A stretch of 62,928 nucleotides of DNA, counting the filler, from Stramenopiles sp. TOSAG23-6 (lineage: Eukaryota): NCBI GenBank assembly GCA_900128565.1. It is 44 parts of 44 records of this genome, joined end to end, with 100 filler letters (N's around TTAATTAATTAA, not from the genome) between each part and the next. Parts side by side here need not be neighbours in the genome. Positions count along the whole stretch, not along the records: positions 11,565 to 12,907 come from LT639213.1; positions 13,008 to 14,348 come from LT639214.1; positions 14,449 to 15,787 come from LT639215.1; positions 15,888 to 17,224 come from LT639216.1; positions 17,325 to 18,661 come from LT639217.1; positions 18,762 to 20,098 come from LT639218.1; positions 20,199 to 21,535 come from LT639219.1; positions 21,636 to 22,969 come from LT639220.1; 36 more parts are not named here. One strand, 5' to 3'. The translations under genes and the position numbers were made by a program. Below are positions 12,809 through 27,468 of the stretch, in pieces. How positions within the stretch are numbered: position 1 is the stretch's first letter; every line of letters begins with the position of its first letter. The notes below the pieces were generated by a model. It saw only the letters and a list, made by a program, of their open reading frames with translations. It was not told the origin of the DNA and searched no databases.

Positions 12809-13166
12809 GTATGTTTTTTTTTTTTTTTTTTACCGAAAAAAAAAAATCGAATTTTTTTTTTTGTACGAAATTTTGTACCTAACGAATTTTTTTTAAAAGA
12901 AAAAAAANNNNNNNNNNNNNNNNNNNNNNNNNNNNNNNNNNNNNNNNNNNNTTAATTAATTAANNNNNNNNNNNNNNNNNNNNNNNNNNNNNNNNNNNNN
13001 NNNNNNNCAAAATAAATTCAAGTCATCCCATAAAAAAAAATCTAAAATTTTTTGTTAGGTACAAATTTTCGTATGAAAAAAAAAAAAAAAAAAAAAATTT
13101 TTTTAGGTACAAAATTTCATACCAAAAAAAAAAAAAAAATTAAAAAAAATTTAAAATAAAACATAC

Positions 13167-14348
13167 ATGCAATTGTTTTTTGTGTGTATCGTCCATTCTA
13201 GAACAATTTGGTTTGTCTTTTAAGTCCCTCCAGTGTTCAGATGATGTTAATGTATTTTAGAAAAATATTTGAAAAAAAATCTAAAAAAATTTGTTAGGTA
13301 CAAAATTTTTATAAAAAAAAAAATTCATACAAAAAAAAAAAAAAATAAAACATACATTTTTTTTTGGCATGAATTGATTACACGAAATCAAAGCCATTCG
13401 AAATAGATCTAATGTTGGTGCAACACTTTTAGTACATTTTGTTGCCTCTTCATATAATTTTAAAACATTTTTCCAATCTTTTGAATATAGTAATACTTTC
13501 ATTGCATCACAATGTATTGTGAAAAAAATGTGAAAAAATTTAAAATTAGTTAGGTACAAATTTTACTATGAAAAAAAAATCGGTACATTTTTTTGTAAGA
13601 AATTAGGGTTAGGGTTAGGGTACATAGCTTTTCGTGTTGGGTATTATATTATTTTGTTTCATCGTTTCAAGAATATATAGAACTTTAGTTGTAGACGAAT
13701 TTCCAATTTGATTTGTATTAAAACCTAAGACTGATCGAATAGTCTGAAAAATTGAAATTGAATCAATTGTACCATTTAAATTACTAGGGTTAGGGTTAAT
13801 GTTGGACAATTCCAATTCTGATTTTTGTGCAAGCAACGCATAAGAATACGATGTAAGAGTAGGATTGATACCATTCGAAGTCATTTTTTTCAAAATTAAA
13901 AGAGCTTCATTTCCTTCACTAGCTCGAGCACATGCTTTTAGTGAATGATTAAACGTTTTAATATCAGGTTTTACTTTTCGAAATGCAGAGTCATATTTTG
14001 TGAAAAAATATTTCAATTTTTTTTTTAAATTAAAGTTAGGTACAAAATTTTCAAAAAAAAAAAAAATTTAAAATAAAATAAAATAAAATCGGACAACGTA
14101 CTAACTCCATTTGCCCAAGAATATCACGAGTCATCATCCAATCACCACAATCTGCAGAGATATTTAGAGATTCATTATACATACTTAACGAAGGATAGAT
14201 GCCTCGAGTTGACATTTGACCAAATATCCATGTAATTTTGAGAAAATTATGAAAAAATTAAATTTGTTTGTTAGGTACAACATTTTTTTTTTTCCGTAAA
14301 AAAAAAAAAATTAAAAAAAAAAAAAAAAACGTACAAGGAATGCCAACG
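13167..14348 (-). CDS. Pentatricopeptide-repeat (PPR) protein fragment, several exons
   Basis: PDIKTFNHSLKACARAS..EALLILKKMTSNGINP; MSTRGIYPSLSMYN; interrupted by family introns. Confidence 0.8.
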
Positions 14349-14448
14349 NNNNNNNNNNNNNNNNNNNNNNNNNNNNNNNNNNNNNNNNNNNNTTAATTAA
14401 TTAANNNNNNNNNNNNNNNNNNNNNNNNNNNNNNNNNNNNNNNNNNNN

Positions 14449-14996
14449 TTCTAATGTTATTATCTGTGGTAGAGCCACATGTGCTGCCTCTTGCAAGGAT
14501 TGTTAGGAGATTAATCAAAAGAGCAAAGGAATTTAAAAAACAAAAATCTCAAAAACATTTAAATAACTTAATGCAAGGAGATCATTTTGATCTAATCAGT
14601 AGGTACGCCTGCATAATAAGCAACATGTACTTGTGCCTCTTTTTTAGTTCTGGTATACCTTTGATGATTCCTCTCTTCCTGATTACCTGCTTTATTGCTT
14701 ATTGGGTTGATAAATTCATGGTGTTACGGTACTGCCGTATTGCTGGTCTTATCGGGCTAAACAAATTCGTGTTGCCGTGTGGATACATCTTGTAATGGCA
14801 ATTGTAATGTATAGTAATGATGAAGCAAATTATGATGCACGAGCTGGTATAGGATTGTTGAGCAATAATACCAGAGATATGATGAAAAATATATTTGAAC
14901 CAACCTCCTTCAGTACTAATTATCCAAAGGATGTCCATTATAGCGATATTTTCCTGAAGCCGTTGTACCGACTCAACGTGTTGCCGTTGGACTGAA
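14449..14996 (+). pseudogene. TMC/OSCA-like membrane channel fragment with apparent frameshift
   Basis: FDLISRYA...FFSSGIPL..PL....AYWVDK..VLRY, then frame change to VWIHLVMAIVMYSN and an early stop. Confidence 0.4.
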
Positions 14997-15199
14997 TAAG
15001 ATATTGACCGATTGGCTCAAACGAAAAAATGTAGCTAAACAAATGTGTAGTTTATGTGTTATAATAACTATTACTACTTCGAAAGGAATTTCGAGGGTGT
15101 ATTTGTTATGTCGTAATGCACTTTTTATCGTAATTACCAAAATTTTATTTTGCGTTTCAAAAAAACGTTTCGCCAATTATTTTCAAAAGAAAAAACTTA

Positions 15200-15735
15200 A
15201 AAAGAAAATAATACATAAAACGCCAACATTAGAAGAACTTGGGTATGACTTATCAGGTGAAATGCCATATTTCTTGAAACATAGAGGTGTCCAGTGGAAT
15301 GATGATGAAGATAGTAGTAGCGATGATGAATTGTTGAATCCTACTTCGGATGATAGTTCAGATGAAAATGTTGGGAAAAATGAGATCAATAAACCAGATG
15401 TAAAGTCTGAGATAGATAATAAACAAGATAATATAGATGAAACTAAGCAAGAAATACCTTCTAATCCTCAGCAGTATCCGGAAAGACGGAAAAGATCGAA
15501 GGATCCATTGGATGATCTTCCTCTCATCTATGTCAGCGATTCTCGTCTTGAACTGCCTCTAAGTCGCCCATTAATTATTGAGGTGAAGCGAAAATATGTC
15601 AAAAACTTTGTAAAAAGACAATTAAGAATGTTGCGTTCGAATCAAACATGGCAAGCATTGGGCCGTAGTCACAGACAAACAATTTACTTCCAATCGATTT
15701 GGCCATTTGAAGGCGATTGCTGTGGTATTCAGCAT
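15200..15735 (+). CDS. Hypothetical protein exon with acidic tract
   Basis: Open frame ending at family donor CAT|GTATGTTTT; start uncertain. Confidence 0.4.
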
Positions 15736-15887
15736 GTATGTTTTATTTTTTTTCAAATTCGATTTTTTTTCGTACGAAATTTTGTACNNNNNNNNNNNNN
15801 NNNNNNNNNNNNNNNNNNNNNNNNNNNNNNNTTAATTAATTAANNNNNNNNNNNNNNNNNNNNNNNNNNNNNNNNNNNNNNNNNNNN

Positions 15888-18800
15888 TCACTTTTATTAG
15901 CAAGGAAAAAACTACGAATTGCTCCGCTATTTGGAGTTTCATCTATAACGATTGCTCGGTCTGGTGTTGTCATTCTACAAGTATATATCCCCACAGTATG
16001 ACTGTTAGACTTCGTTGTGCCAGCAACGCTAACAGTATGTAATACGTCCTTTTGCTTCACAGTATTATTAGTACTAGTAAGTCGATTATTTATATCTCGA
16101 AATCGAAATCCCGTTACAAAAAGATTCGAAAGAAGGAAAAACGTTTTGGCCAAAGAGGCAGCCTGGCAGGTTTGTTTGATTTTCGCGAAGATGATTGATC
16201 GGCCAGAATACTAATATATTTCACTACGAAGCGCACATATAGGTATTACTTAAATATACTGAGGAGGCGCTCATAAGATAACCAAAATGAAGAAAGCTAC
16301 AGGAAATACTGCGTTGCCTCTATCCAATGTGCGCGTGTCATGCAAAGATTGCTTTGAAAAATGCAATTCTGTTTCTCTTTGTATACCAGCTATTAAAGAC
16401 CTTGCCACTCGCTGGTTAAATACAGAACAAATATCAACATTCTCGGCTAACATGTACGACGTAAACCTACCTCTAAAATTTGAAAATATCAATGATGAAA
16501 TTAATTTTATTGCTTTAGTAAACCTTACTCGTTTTGGATCAGGCTATGCTACAGAATTTCGAAAGTTGACTGGAGATTGGCGTGGAGCATTAGCTGCGGC
16601 TCAATTTGGAGTGATTGGTCTACATTTAAGCGGTTCACTTGATGCTCGACGTATGCGGGGTTTATCTGTATCTGATGTGGGATCACTATTCGAAATCCCA
16701 CTTTTTGAAGATGTGCCAACCTCTGTCAGTGGGTGCTATCGACAGGAGAAATCTTCTCTCTATACACTTGCAGAGAATTTAACAGCAGTTCTAAACACTT
16801 CTGGAAAAGAGCTTAACGACAGAGGTTATACAGATTTTGCAAGCTTCATTTGCAAGACTTTGGCAGAATGTCACCAATCATCTAAAATTCATGAAAATCC
16901 TACTTCAGTGTTAGTACAGAGCCTTGCTTCCATGTTCTATGGATTTTGTGACGAAATAGTTGTAGCTCGAAGCGAAGGAGAATTTGGAAAACTCGTGAAC
17001 AAAATTTCCTACGAAAAACAAATTGAATCCTGTACAGTTGAAGACATCGAAAGTGATGGAAGAGATGAACTTTATATAACAACTTTCTATTCTAAAGCAC
17101 AATCACTTGTACTAGACTTACATAGAAGATTTTCATCAGGATTCCACAAAATCCACAAAAACTACAAAGACTCTGATAATGATGTGAAAATATTGAATCA
17201 AAACTCTGATAATGATGTGAAAATNNNNNNNNNNNNNNNNNNNNNNNNNNNNNNNNNNNNNNNNNNNNTTAATTAATTAANNNNNNNNNNNNNNNNNNNN
17301 NNNNNNNNNNNNNNNNNNNNNNNNTCACTTTTATTAGCAAGGAAAAAACTACGAATTGCTCCGCTATTTGGAGTTTCATCTATAACGATTGCTCGGTCTG
17401 GTGTTGTCATTCTACAAGTATATATCCCCACAGTATGACTGTTAGACTTCGTTGTGCCAGCAACGCTAACAGTATGTAATACGTCCTTTTGCTTCACAGT
17501 ATTATTAGTACTAGTAAGTCGATTATTTATATCTCGAAATCGAAATCCCGTTACAAAAAGATTCGAAAGAAGGAAAAACGTTTTGGCCAAAGAGGCAGCC
17601 TGGCAGGTTTGTTTGATTTTCGCGAAGATGATTGATCGGCCAGAATACTAATATATTTCACTACGAAGCGCACATATAGGTATTACTTAAATATACTGAG
17701 GAGGCGCTCATAAGATAACCAAAATGAAGAAAGCTACAGGAAATACTGCGTTGCCTCTATCCAATGTGCGCGTGTCATGCAAAGATTGCTTTGAAAAATG
17801 CAATTCTGTTTCTCTTTGTATACCAGCTATTAAAGACCTTGCCACTCGCTGGTTAAATACAGAACAAATATCAACATTCTCGGCTAACATGTACGACGTA
17901 AACCTACCTCTAAAATTTGAAAATATCAATGATGAAATTAATTTTATTGCTTTAGTAAACCTTACTCGTTTTGGATCAGGCTATGCTACAGAATTTCGAA
18001 AGTTGACTGGAGATTGGCGTGGAGCATTAGCTGCGGCTCAATTTGGAGTGATTGGTCTACATTTAAGCGGTTCACTTGATGCTCGACGTATGCGGGGTTT
18101 ATCTGTATCTGATGTGGGATCACTATTCGAAATCCCACTTTTTGAAGATGTGCCAACCTCTGTCAGTGGGTGCTATCGACAGGAGAAATCTTCTCTCTAT
18201 ACACTTGCAGAGAATTTAACAGCAGTTCTAAACACTTCTGGAAAAGAGCTTAACGACAGAGGTTATACAGATTTTGCAAGCTTCATTTGCAAGACTTTGG
18301 CAGAATGTCACCAATCATCTAAAATTCATGAAAATCCTACTTCAGTGTTAGTACAGAGCCTTGCTTCCATGTTCTATGGATTTTGTGACGAAATAGTTGT
18401 AGCTCGAAGCGAAGGAGAATTTGGAAAACTCGTGAACAAAATTTCCTACGAAAAACAAATTGAATCCTGTACAGTTGAAGACATCGAAAGTGATGGAAGA
18501 GATGAACTTTATATAACAACTTTCTATTCTAAAGCACAATCACTTGTACTAGACTTACATAGAAGATTTTCATCAGGATTCCACAAAATCCACAAAAACT
18601 ACAAAGACTCTGATAATGATGTGAAAATATTGAATCAAAACTCTGATAATGATGTGAAAATNNNNNNNNNNNNNNNNNNNNNNNNNNNNNNNNNNNNNNN
18701 NNNNNTTAATTAATTAANNNNNNNNNNNNNNNNNNNNNNNNNNNNNNNNNNNNNNNNNNNNTCACTTTTATTAGCAAGGAAAAAACTACGAATTGCTCCG

Positions 18801-21535
18801 CTATTTGGAGTTTCATCTATAACGATTGCTCGGTCTGGTGTTGTCATTCTACAAGTATATATCCCCACAGTATGACTGTTAGACTTCGTTGTGCCAGCAA
18901 CGCTAACAGTATGTAATACGTCCTTTTGCTTCACAGTATTATTAGTACTAGTAAGTCGATTATTTATATCTCGAAATCGAAATCCCGTTACAAAAAGATT
19001 CGAAAGAAGGAAAAACGTTTTGGCCAAAGAGGCAGCCTGGCAGGTTTGTTTGATTTTCGCGAAGATGATTGATCGGCCAGAATACTAATATATTTCACTA
19101 CGAAGCGCACATATAGGTATTACTTAAATATACTGAGGAGGCGCTCATAAGATAACCAAAATGAAGAAAGCTACAGGAAATACTGCGTTGCCTCTATCCA
19201 ATGTGCGCGTGTCATGCAAAGATTGCTTTGAAAAATGCAATTCTGTTTCTCTTTGTATACCAGCTATTAAAGACCTTGCCACTCGCTGGTTAAATACAGA
19301 ACAAATATCAACATTCTCGGCTAACATGTACGACGTAAACCTACCTCTAAAATTTGAAAATATCAATGATGAAATTAATTTTATTGCTTTAGTAAACCTT
19401 ACTCGTTTTGGATCAGGCTATGCTACAGAATTTCGAAAGTTGACTGGAGATTGGCGTGGAGCATTAGCTGCGGCTCAATTTGGAGTGATTGGTCTACATT
19501 TAAGCGGTTCACTTGATGCTCGACGTATGCGGGGTTTATCTGTATCTGATGTGGGATCACTATTCGAAATCCCACTTTTTGAAGATGTGCCAACCTCTGT
19601 CAGTGGGTGCTATCGACAGGAGAAATCTTCTCTCTATACACTTGCAGAGAATTTAACAGCAGTTCTAAACACTTCTGGAAAAGAGCTTAACGACAGAGGT
19701 TATACAGATTTTGCAAGCTTCATTTGCAAGACTTTGGCAGAATGTCACCAATCATCTAAAATTCATGAAAATCCTACTTCAGTGTTAGTACAGAGCCTTG
19801 CTTCCATGTTCTATGGATTTTGTGACGAAATAGTTGTAGCTCGAAGCGAAGGAGAATTTGGAAAACTCGTGAACAAAATTTCCTACGAAAAACAAATTGA
19901 ATCCTGTACAGTTGAAGACATCGAAAGTGATGGAAGAGATGAACTTTATATAACAACTTTCTATTCTAAAGCACAATCACTTGTACTAGACTTACATAGA
20001 AGATTTTCATCAGGATTCCACAAAATCCACAAAAACTACAAAGACTCTGATAATGATGTGAAAATATTGAATCAAAACTCTGATAATGATGTGAAAATNN
20101 NNNNNNNNNNNNNNNNNNNNNNNNNNNNNNNNNNNNNNNNNNTTAATTAATTAANNNNNNNNNNNNNNNNNNNNNNNNNNNNNNNNNNNNNNNNNNNNTC
20201 ACTTTTATTAGCAAGGAAAAAACTACGAATTGCTCCGCTATTTGGAGTTTCATCTATAACGATTGCTCGGTCTGGTGTTGTCATTCTACAAGTATATATC
20301 CCCACAGTATGACTGTTAGACTTCGTTGTGCCAGCAACGCTAACAGTATGTAATACGTCCTTTTGCTTCACAGTATTATTAGTACTAGTAAGTCGATTAT
20401 TTATATCTCGAAATCGAAATCCCGTTACAAAAAGATTCGAAAGAAGGAAAAACGTTTTGGCCAAAGAGGCAGCCTGGCAGGTTTGTTTGATTTTCGCGAA
20501 GATGATTGATCGGCCAGAATACTAATATATTTCACTACGAAGCGCACATATAGGTATTACTTAAATATACTGAGGAGGCGCTCATAAGATAACCAAAATG
20601 AAGAAAGCTACAGGAAATACTGCGTTGCCTCTATCCAATGTGCGCGTGTCATGCAAAGATTGCTTTGAAAAATGCAATTCTGTTTCTCTTTGTATACCAG
20701 CTATTAAAGACCTTGCCACTCGCTGGTTAAATACAGAACAAATATCAACATTCTCGGCTAACATGTACGACGTAAACCTACCTCTAAAATTTGAAAATAT
20801 CAATGATGAAATTAATTTTATTGCTTTAGTAAACCTTACTCGTTTTGGATCAGGCTATGCTACAGAATTTCGAAAGTTGACTGGAGATTGGCGTGGAGCA
20901 TTAGCTGCGGCTCAATTTGGAGTGATTGGTCTACATTTAAGCGGTTCACTTGATGCTCGACGTATGCGGGGTTTATCTGTATCTGATGTGGGATCACTAT
21001 TCGAAATCCCACTTTTTGAAGATGTGCCAACCTCTGTCAGTGGGTGCTATCGACAGGAGAAATCTTCTCTCTATACACTTGCAGAGAATTTAACAGCAGT
21101 TCTAAACACTTCTGGAAAAGAGCTTAACGACAGAGGTTATACAGATTTTGCAAGCTTCATTTGCAAGACTTTGGCAGAATGTCACCAATCATCTAAAATT
21201 CATGAAAATCCTACTTCAGTGTTAGTACAGAGCCTTGCTTCCATGTTCTATGGATTTTGTGACGAAATAGTTGTAGCTCGAAGCGAAGGAGAATTTGGAA
21301 AACTCGTGAACAAAATTTCCTACGAAAAACAAATTGAATCCTGTACAGTTGAAGACATCGAAAGTGATGGAAGAGATGAACTTTATATAACAACTTTCTA
21401 TTCTAAAGCACAATCACTTGTACTAGACTTACATAGAAGATTTTCATCAGGATTCCACAAAATCCACAAAAACTACAAAGACTCTGATAATGATGTGAAA
21501 ATATTGAATCAAAACTCTGATAATGATGTGAAAAT
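15888..21535. repeat. Four identical copies of one 1337-bp contig (redundant assembly)
   Basis: 15888-17224, 17325-18661, 18762-20098 and 20199-21535 have the same sequence and ends, separated by linkers. Confidence 0.95.
16287..17224 (+). CDS. Queuosine-salvage (DUF2419/QNG1-related) family protein, 3'-truncated; identical copies start at 17724, 19161 and 20598
   Basis: INFIALVNLTRFGSGY..., DARRMRGLS..VGSLFEIP and FYSKAQSLVLDLHRRF resemble the Q-salvage family. Confidence 0.5.
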
Positions 21536-21709
21536 NNNNNNNNNNNNNNNNNNNNNNNNNNNNNNNNNNNNNNNNNNNNTTAATTAATTAANNNNNNNNN
21601 NNNNNNNNNNNNNNNNNNNNNNNNNNNNNNNNNNNTTTCNAATTTNTTTTTTTTTCGTACGAAATTTTGTACCTAACAAATTTCGAATTCAATGTTTTTT
21701 ACAATATAT

Positions 21710-22969
21710 GTTTTACGACCAACAACAACAGATGTTGACGGTAAGCAATCAAAATCACAAAATAATTTACCAACAAAACAAGAAGTTGTTGTATGGTTGA
21801 CTCTAACTTCACACCAACAAGCATTATATCATGCAATGCTTGAAAAGACACAAGAAGAACAAGATAGGAGAGACGATATCGCTGCAGAAAATGGAGATAT
21901 TGCCGAAGGAAGATGTATCTTAAAAGAATTATGTGAGCTAGTACAGATATGTAATCATCCTCTTCTTGTTGCTGAAAAAGAATTTGGTAAGAAAGATTTG
22001 TCAAGTTCGAAAGATGTCCATAGACGTGATAATACGAATCGTAAGTATCGCGATTTTGACATGTATTATGAAAATGATGAAAGTATTTCATCCAATAGTG
22101 ATAATGATATAAGAAATATTGAAATGAATAGAAATGTTGAATCGGATGTAGAGTCTGATATTGAAAACAAGAGACTTGAGGATGATGTGAAATCAAAAAA
22201 TGTACGTAAATTGTTATTATCGGCCTCGAGAAAAACACCTGCAAAGATTGAATTTGTTAGTGCTTTGTTACGGAATTTACATACTGAAGGGCACAGAGTA
22301 TTAATATTTAGTAGATCTTGTAGAATGCTTGATCTCATAGAGAATTTCGTACTTAAAACTGCCAAATATAAACATTATAGACTTGATGGAAGTATTCAAG
22401 ATGCATCAGAAAGAGCTCAGTTGATTGAAAAGTTTAATCGAAAAAAGGATATTTTTTGTTTTTTAATTACTACACAATGTGGAGGTGTAGGTATTAATCT
22501 AACAGGTGCCGATCGAGTCATTATGCTTGATCCTGGTTGGAATCCAGCAGCTGATGAGCAAGCTGTTGATAGAGTATATCGAATTGGTCAAACTCGGCCA
22601 GTATTGGTATATAGGTTAGTTACATGTACGTTTTCACATCATAAATTTATTAATTGTTTTTTTCATAGGAAATTTCGTACCTAATGATTTTTTTCATGAT
22701 TTCNTTTTTTTTTTCACAATACATGTGGTGGCGCAGAGGAACATATTTATAGACGTCAGATTTTTAAAGGATCTTTGAGTCGTTCAGCAATTGAGCAAGA
22801 TTTTAAAGCAACGAGACATGTATGTTTTACTTTTTTTGAATTTCAATTTTTTTTTCGTACAAAATTTTGTACGTAACAAAAAAAACAAAAAAAACATATT
22901 TTTCACAATACATTTCAAAGCAAAGTGTGGCAGTTCCAGTGGAGTCAAAGCAAAGTGTGGCAGTTCCAG
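21710..22969 (+). CDS. SNF2-family helicase C-terminal half (ERCC6/ERCC6L-like); copies in the next three contigs
   Basis: ICNHP, HRVLIFS, RLDGS, GGVGINLTGADRV, DPGWNPAADEQAVDRVYRIGQ; VYRLVTC|GGAEEHIYRRQIFKG restored across GT-AT intron 22626-22724. Confidence 0.9.
22626..22724 (+). mobile_element. Representative introner-like GT-AT intron (more than 50 core-motif copies in the window by eye count)
   Basis: GTACGTTTT...GAAATTTCGTACCTAAT...TTTTCACAATACAT; removal restores SNF2 VTCGGAEE. Confidence 0.75.
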
Positions 22970-25900
22970 NNNNNNNNNNNNNNNNNNNNNNNNNNNNNNN
23001 NNNNNNNNNNNNNTTAATTAATTAANNNNNNNNNNNNNNNNNNNNNNNNNNNNNNNNNNNNNNNNNNNNTTTCNAATTTNTTTTTTTTTCGTACGAAATT
23101 TTGTACCTAACAAATTTCGAATTCAATGTTTTTTACAATATATGTTTTACGACCAACAACAACAGATGTTGACGGTAAGCAATCAAAATCACAAAATAAT
23201 TTACCAACAAAACAAGAAGTTGTTGTATGGTTGACTCTAACTTCACACCAACAAGCATTATATCATGCAATGCTTGAAAAGACACAAGAAGAACAAGATA
23301 GGAGAGACGATATCGCTGCAGAAAATGGAGATATTGCCGAAGGAAGATGTATCTTAAAAGAATTATGTGAGCTAGTACAGATATGTAATCATCCTCTTCT
23401 TGTTGCTGAAAAAGAATTTGGTAAGAAAGATTTGTCAAGTTCGAAAGATGTCCATAGACGTGATAATACGAATCGTAAGTATCGCGATTTTGACATGTAT
23501 TATGAAAATGATGAAAGTATTTCATCCAATAGTGATAATGATATAAGAAATATTGAAATGAATAGAAATGTTGAATCGGATGTAGAGTCTGATATTGAAA
23601 ACAAGAGACTTGAGGATGATGTGAAATCAAAAAATGTACGTAAATTGTTATTATCGGCCTCGAGAAAAACACCTGCAAAGATTGAATTTGTTAGTGCTTT
23701 GTTACGGAATTTACATACTGAAGGGCACAGAGTATTAATATTTAGTAGATCTTGTAGAATGCTTGATCTCATAGAGAATTTCGTACTTAAAACTGCCAAA
23801 TATAAACATTATAGACTTGATGGAAGTATTCAAGATGCATCAGAAAGAGCTCAGTTGATTGAAAAGTTTAATCGAAAAAAGGATATTTTTTGTTTTTTAA
23901 TTACTACACAATGTGGAGGTGTAGGTATTAATCTAACAGGTGCCGATCGAGTCATTATGCTTGATCCTGGTTGGAATCCAGCAGCTGATGAGCAAGCTGT
24001 TGATAGAGTATATCGAATTGGTCAAACTCGGCCAGTATTGGTATATAGGTTAGTTACATGTACGTTTTCACATCATAAATTTATTAATTGTTTTTTTCAT
24101 AGGAAATTTCGTACCTAATGATTTTTTTCATGATTTCNTTTTTTTTTTCACAATACATGTGGTGGCGCAGAGGAACATATTTATAGACGTCAGATTTTTA
24201 AAGGATCTTTGAGTCGTTCAGCAATTGAGCAAGATTTTAAAGCAACGAGACATGTATGTTTTACTTTTTTTGAATTTCAATTTTTTTTTCGTACAAAATT
24301 TTGTACGTAACAAAAAAAACAAAAAAAACATATTTTTCACAATACATTTCAAAGCAAAGTGTGGCAGTTCCAGTGGAGTCAAAGCAAAGTGTGGCAGTTC
24401 CAGNNNNNNNNNNNNNNNNNNNNNNNNNNNNNNNNNNNNNNNNNNNNTTAATTAATTAANNNNNNNNNNNNNNNNNNNNNNNNNNNNNNNNNNNNNNNNN
24501 NNNTTTCGAATTTATTTTTTTTTCGTACGAAATTTTGTACCTAACAAATTTCGAATTCAATGTTTTTTACAATATATGTTTTACGACCAACAACAACAGA
24601 TGTTGACGGTAAGCAATCAAAATCACAAAATAATTTACCAACAAAACAAGAAGTTGTTGTATGGTTGACTCTAACTTCACACCAACAAGCATTATATCAT
24701 GCAATGCTTGAAAAGACACAAGAAGAACAAGATAGGAGAGACGATATCGCTGCAGAAAATGGAGATATTGCCGAAGGAAGATGTATCTTAAAAGAATTAT
24801 GTGAGCTAGTACAGATATGTAATCATCCTCTTCTTGTTGCTGAAAAAGAATTTGGTAAGAAAGATTTGTCAAGTTCGAAAGATGTCCATAGACGTGATAA
24901 TACGAATCGTAAGTATCGCGATTTTGACATGTATTATGAAAATGATGAAAGTATTTCATCCAATAGTGATAATGATATAAGAAATATTGAAATGAATAGA
25001 AATGTTGAATCGGATGTAGAGTCTGATATTGAAAACAAGAGACTTGAGGATGATGTGAAATCAAAAAATGTACGTAAATTGTTATTATCGGCCTCGAGAA
25101 AAACACCTGCAAAGATTGAATTTGTTAGTGCTTTGTTACGGAATTTACATACTGAAGGGCACAGAGTATTAATATTTAGTAGATCTTGTAGAATGCTTGA
25201 TCTCATAGAGAATTTCGTACTTAAAACTGCCAAATATAAACATTATAGACTTGATGGAAGTATTCAAGATGCATCAGAAAGAGCTCAGTTGATTGAAAAG
25301 TTTAATCGAAAAAAGGATATTTTTTGTTTTTTAATTACTACACAATGTGGAGGTGTAGGTATTAATCTAACAGGTGCCGATCGAGTCATTATGCTTGATC
25401 CTGGTTGGAATCCAGCAGCTGATGAGCAAGCTGTTGATAGAGTATATCGAATTGGTCAAACTCGGCCAGTATTGGTATATAGGTTAGTTACATGTACGTT
25501 TTCACATCATAAATTTATTAATTGTTTTTTTCATAGGAAATTTCGTACCTAATGATTTTTTTCATGATTTCNTTTTTTTTTTCACAATACATGTGGTGGC
25601 GCAGAGGAACATATTTATAGACGTCAGATTTTTAAAGGATCTTTGAGTCGTTCAGCAATTGAGCAAGATTTTAAAGCAACGAGACATGTATGTTTTACTT
25701 TTTTTGAATTTCAATTTTTTTTTCGTACAAAATTTTGTACGTAACAAAAAAAACAAAAAAAACATATTTTTCACAATACATTTCAAAGCAAAGTGTGGCA
25801 GTTCCAGTGGAGTCAAAGCAAAGTGTGGCAGTTCCAGNNNNNNNNNNNNNNNNNNNNNNNNNNNNNNNNNNNNNNNNNNNNTTAATTAATTAANNNNNNN

Positions 25901-27468
25901 NNNNNNNNNNNNNNNNNNNNNNNNNNNNNNNNNNNNNTTTCGAATTTNTTTTTTTTTCGTACGAAATTTTGTACCTAACAAATTTCGAATTCAATGTTTT
26001 TTACAATATATGTTTTACGACCAACAACAACAGATGTTGACGGTAAGCAATCAAAATCACAAAATAATTTACCAACAAAACAAGAAGTTGTTGTATGGTT
26101 GACTCTAACTTCACACCAACAAGCATTATATCATGCAATGCTTGAAAAGACACAAGAAGAACAAGATAGGAGAGACGATATCGCTGCAGAAAATGGAGAT
26201 ATTGCCGAAGGAAGATGTATCTTAAAAGAATTATGTGAGCTAGTACAGATATGTAATCATCCTCTTCTTGTTGCTGAAAAAGAATTTGGTAAGAAAGATT
26301 TGTCAAGTTCGAAAGATGTCCATAGACGTGATAATACGAATCGTAAGTATCGCGATTTTGACATGTATTATGAAAATGATGAAAGTATTTCATCCAATAG
26401 TGATAATGATATAAGAAATATTGAAATGAATAGAAATGTTGAATCGGATGTAGAGTCTGATATTGAAAACAAGAGACTTGAGGATGATGTGAAATCAAAA
26501 AATGTACGTAAATTGTTATTATCGGCCTCGAGAAAAACACCTGCAAAGATTGAATTTGTTAGTGCTTTGTTACGGAATTTACATACTGAAGGGCACAGAG
26601 TATTAATATTTAGTAGATCTTGTAGAATGCTTGATCTCATAGAGAATTTCGTACTTAAAACTGCCAAATATAAACATTATAGACTTGATGGAAGTATTCA
26701 AGATGCATCAGAAAGAGCTCAGTTGATTGAAAAGTTTAATCGAAAAAAGGATATTTTTTGTTTTTTAATTACTACACAATGTGGAGGTGTAGGTATTAAT
26801 CTAACAGGTGCCGATCGAGTCATTATGCTTGATCCTGGTTGGAATCCAGCAGCTGATGAGCAAGCTGTTGATAGAGTATATCGAATTGGTCAAACTCGGC
26901 CAGTATTGGTATATAGGTTAGTTACATGTACGTTTTCACATCATAAATTTATTAATTGTTTTTTTCATAGGAAATTTCGTACCTAATGATTTTTTTCATG
27001 ATTTCNTTTTTTTTTTCACAATACATGTGGTGGCGCAGAGGAACATATTTATAGACGTCAGATTTTTAAAGGATCTTTGAGTCGTTCAGCAATTGAGCAA
27101 GATTTTAAAGCAACGAGACATGTATGTTTTACTTTTTTTGAATTTCAATTTTTTTTTCGTACAAAATTTTGTACGTAACAAAAAAAACAAAAAAAACATA
27201 TTTTTCACAATACATTTCAAAGCAAAGTGTGGCAGTTCCAGTGGAGTCAAAGCAAAGTGTGGCAGTTCCAGNNNNNNNNNNNNNNNNNNNNNNNNNNNNN
27301 NNNNNNNNNNNNNNNTTAATTAATTAANNNNNNNNNNNNNNNNNNNNNNNNNNNNNNNNNNNNNNNNNNNNTTTTTTTTTTTTTTTTTTTTTTTTTAAAT
27401 CGTTAGGTACAAAATTTCGTATGAAAAAAAAATTACTAAAAAAAAAAAATTAATAATGAAAAACCTAT

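Larger units (their letters stand above)
21636..27271. repeat. Four near-identical copies of the SNF2 contig (redundant assembly)
   Basis: 21636-22969, 23070-24403, 24504-25837 and 25938-27271 appear to differ only at N positions. Confidence 0.95.

Noticed and set aside
22624-22722. Reading the family as U12 AT-AC introns by sliding 2 nt
   Set aside because: No ATATCC donor, and the slide fails where the exon does not end in AT (13993-14101, 54740-54947) or would give AT-GT ends (43527-43650)
15888-27271. Apparent 4x tandem gene amplifications (also 2x at 35970-38725 and 43105-45854)
   Set aside because: Copies have identical ends, even shared N positions, and are separated by artificial linkers; these are redundant contigs
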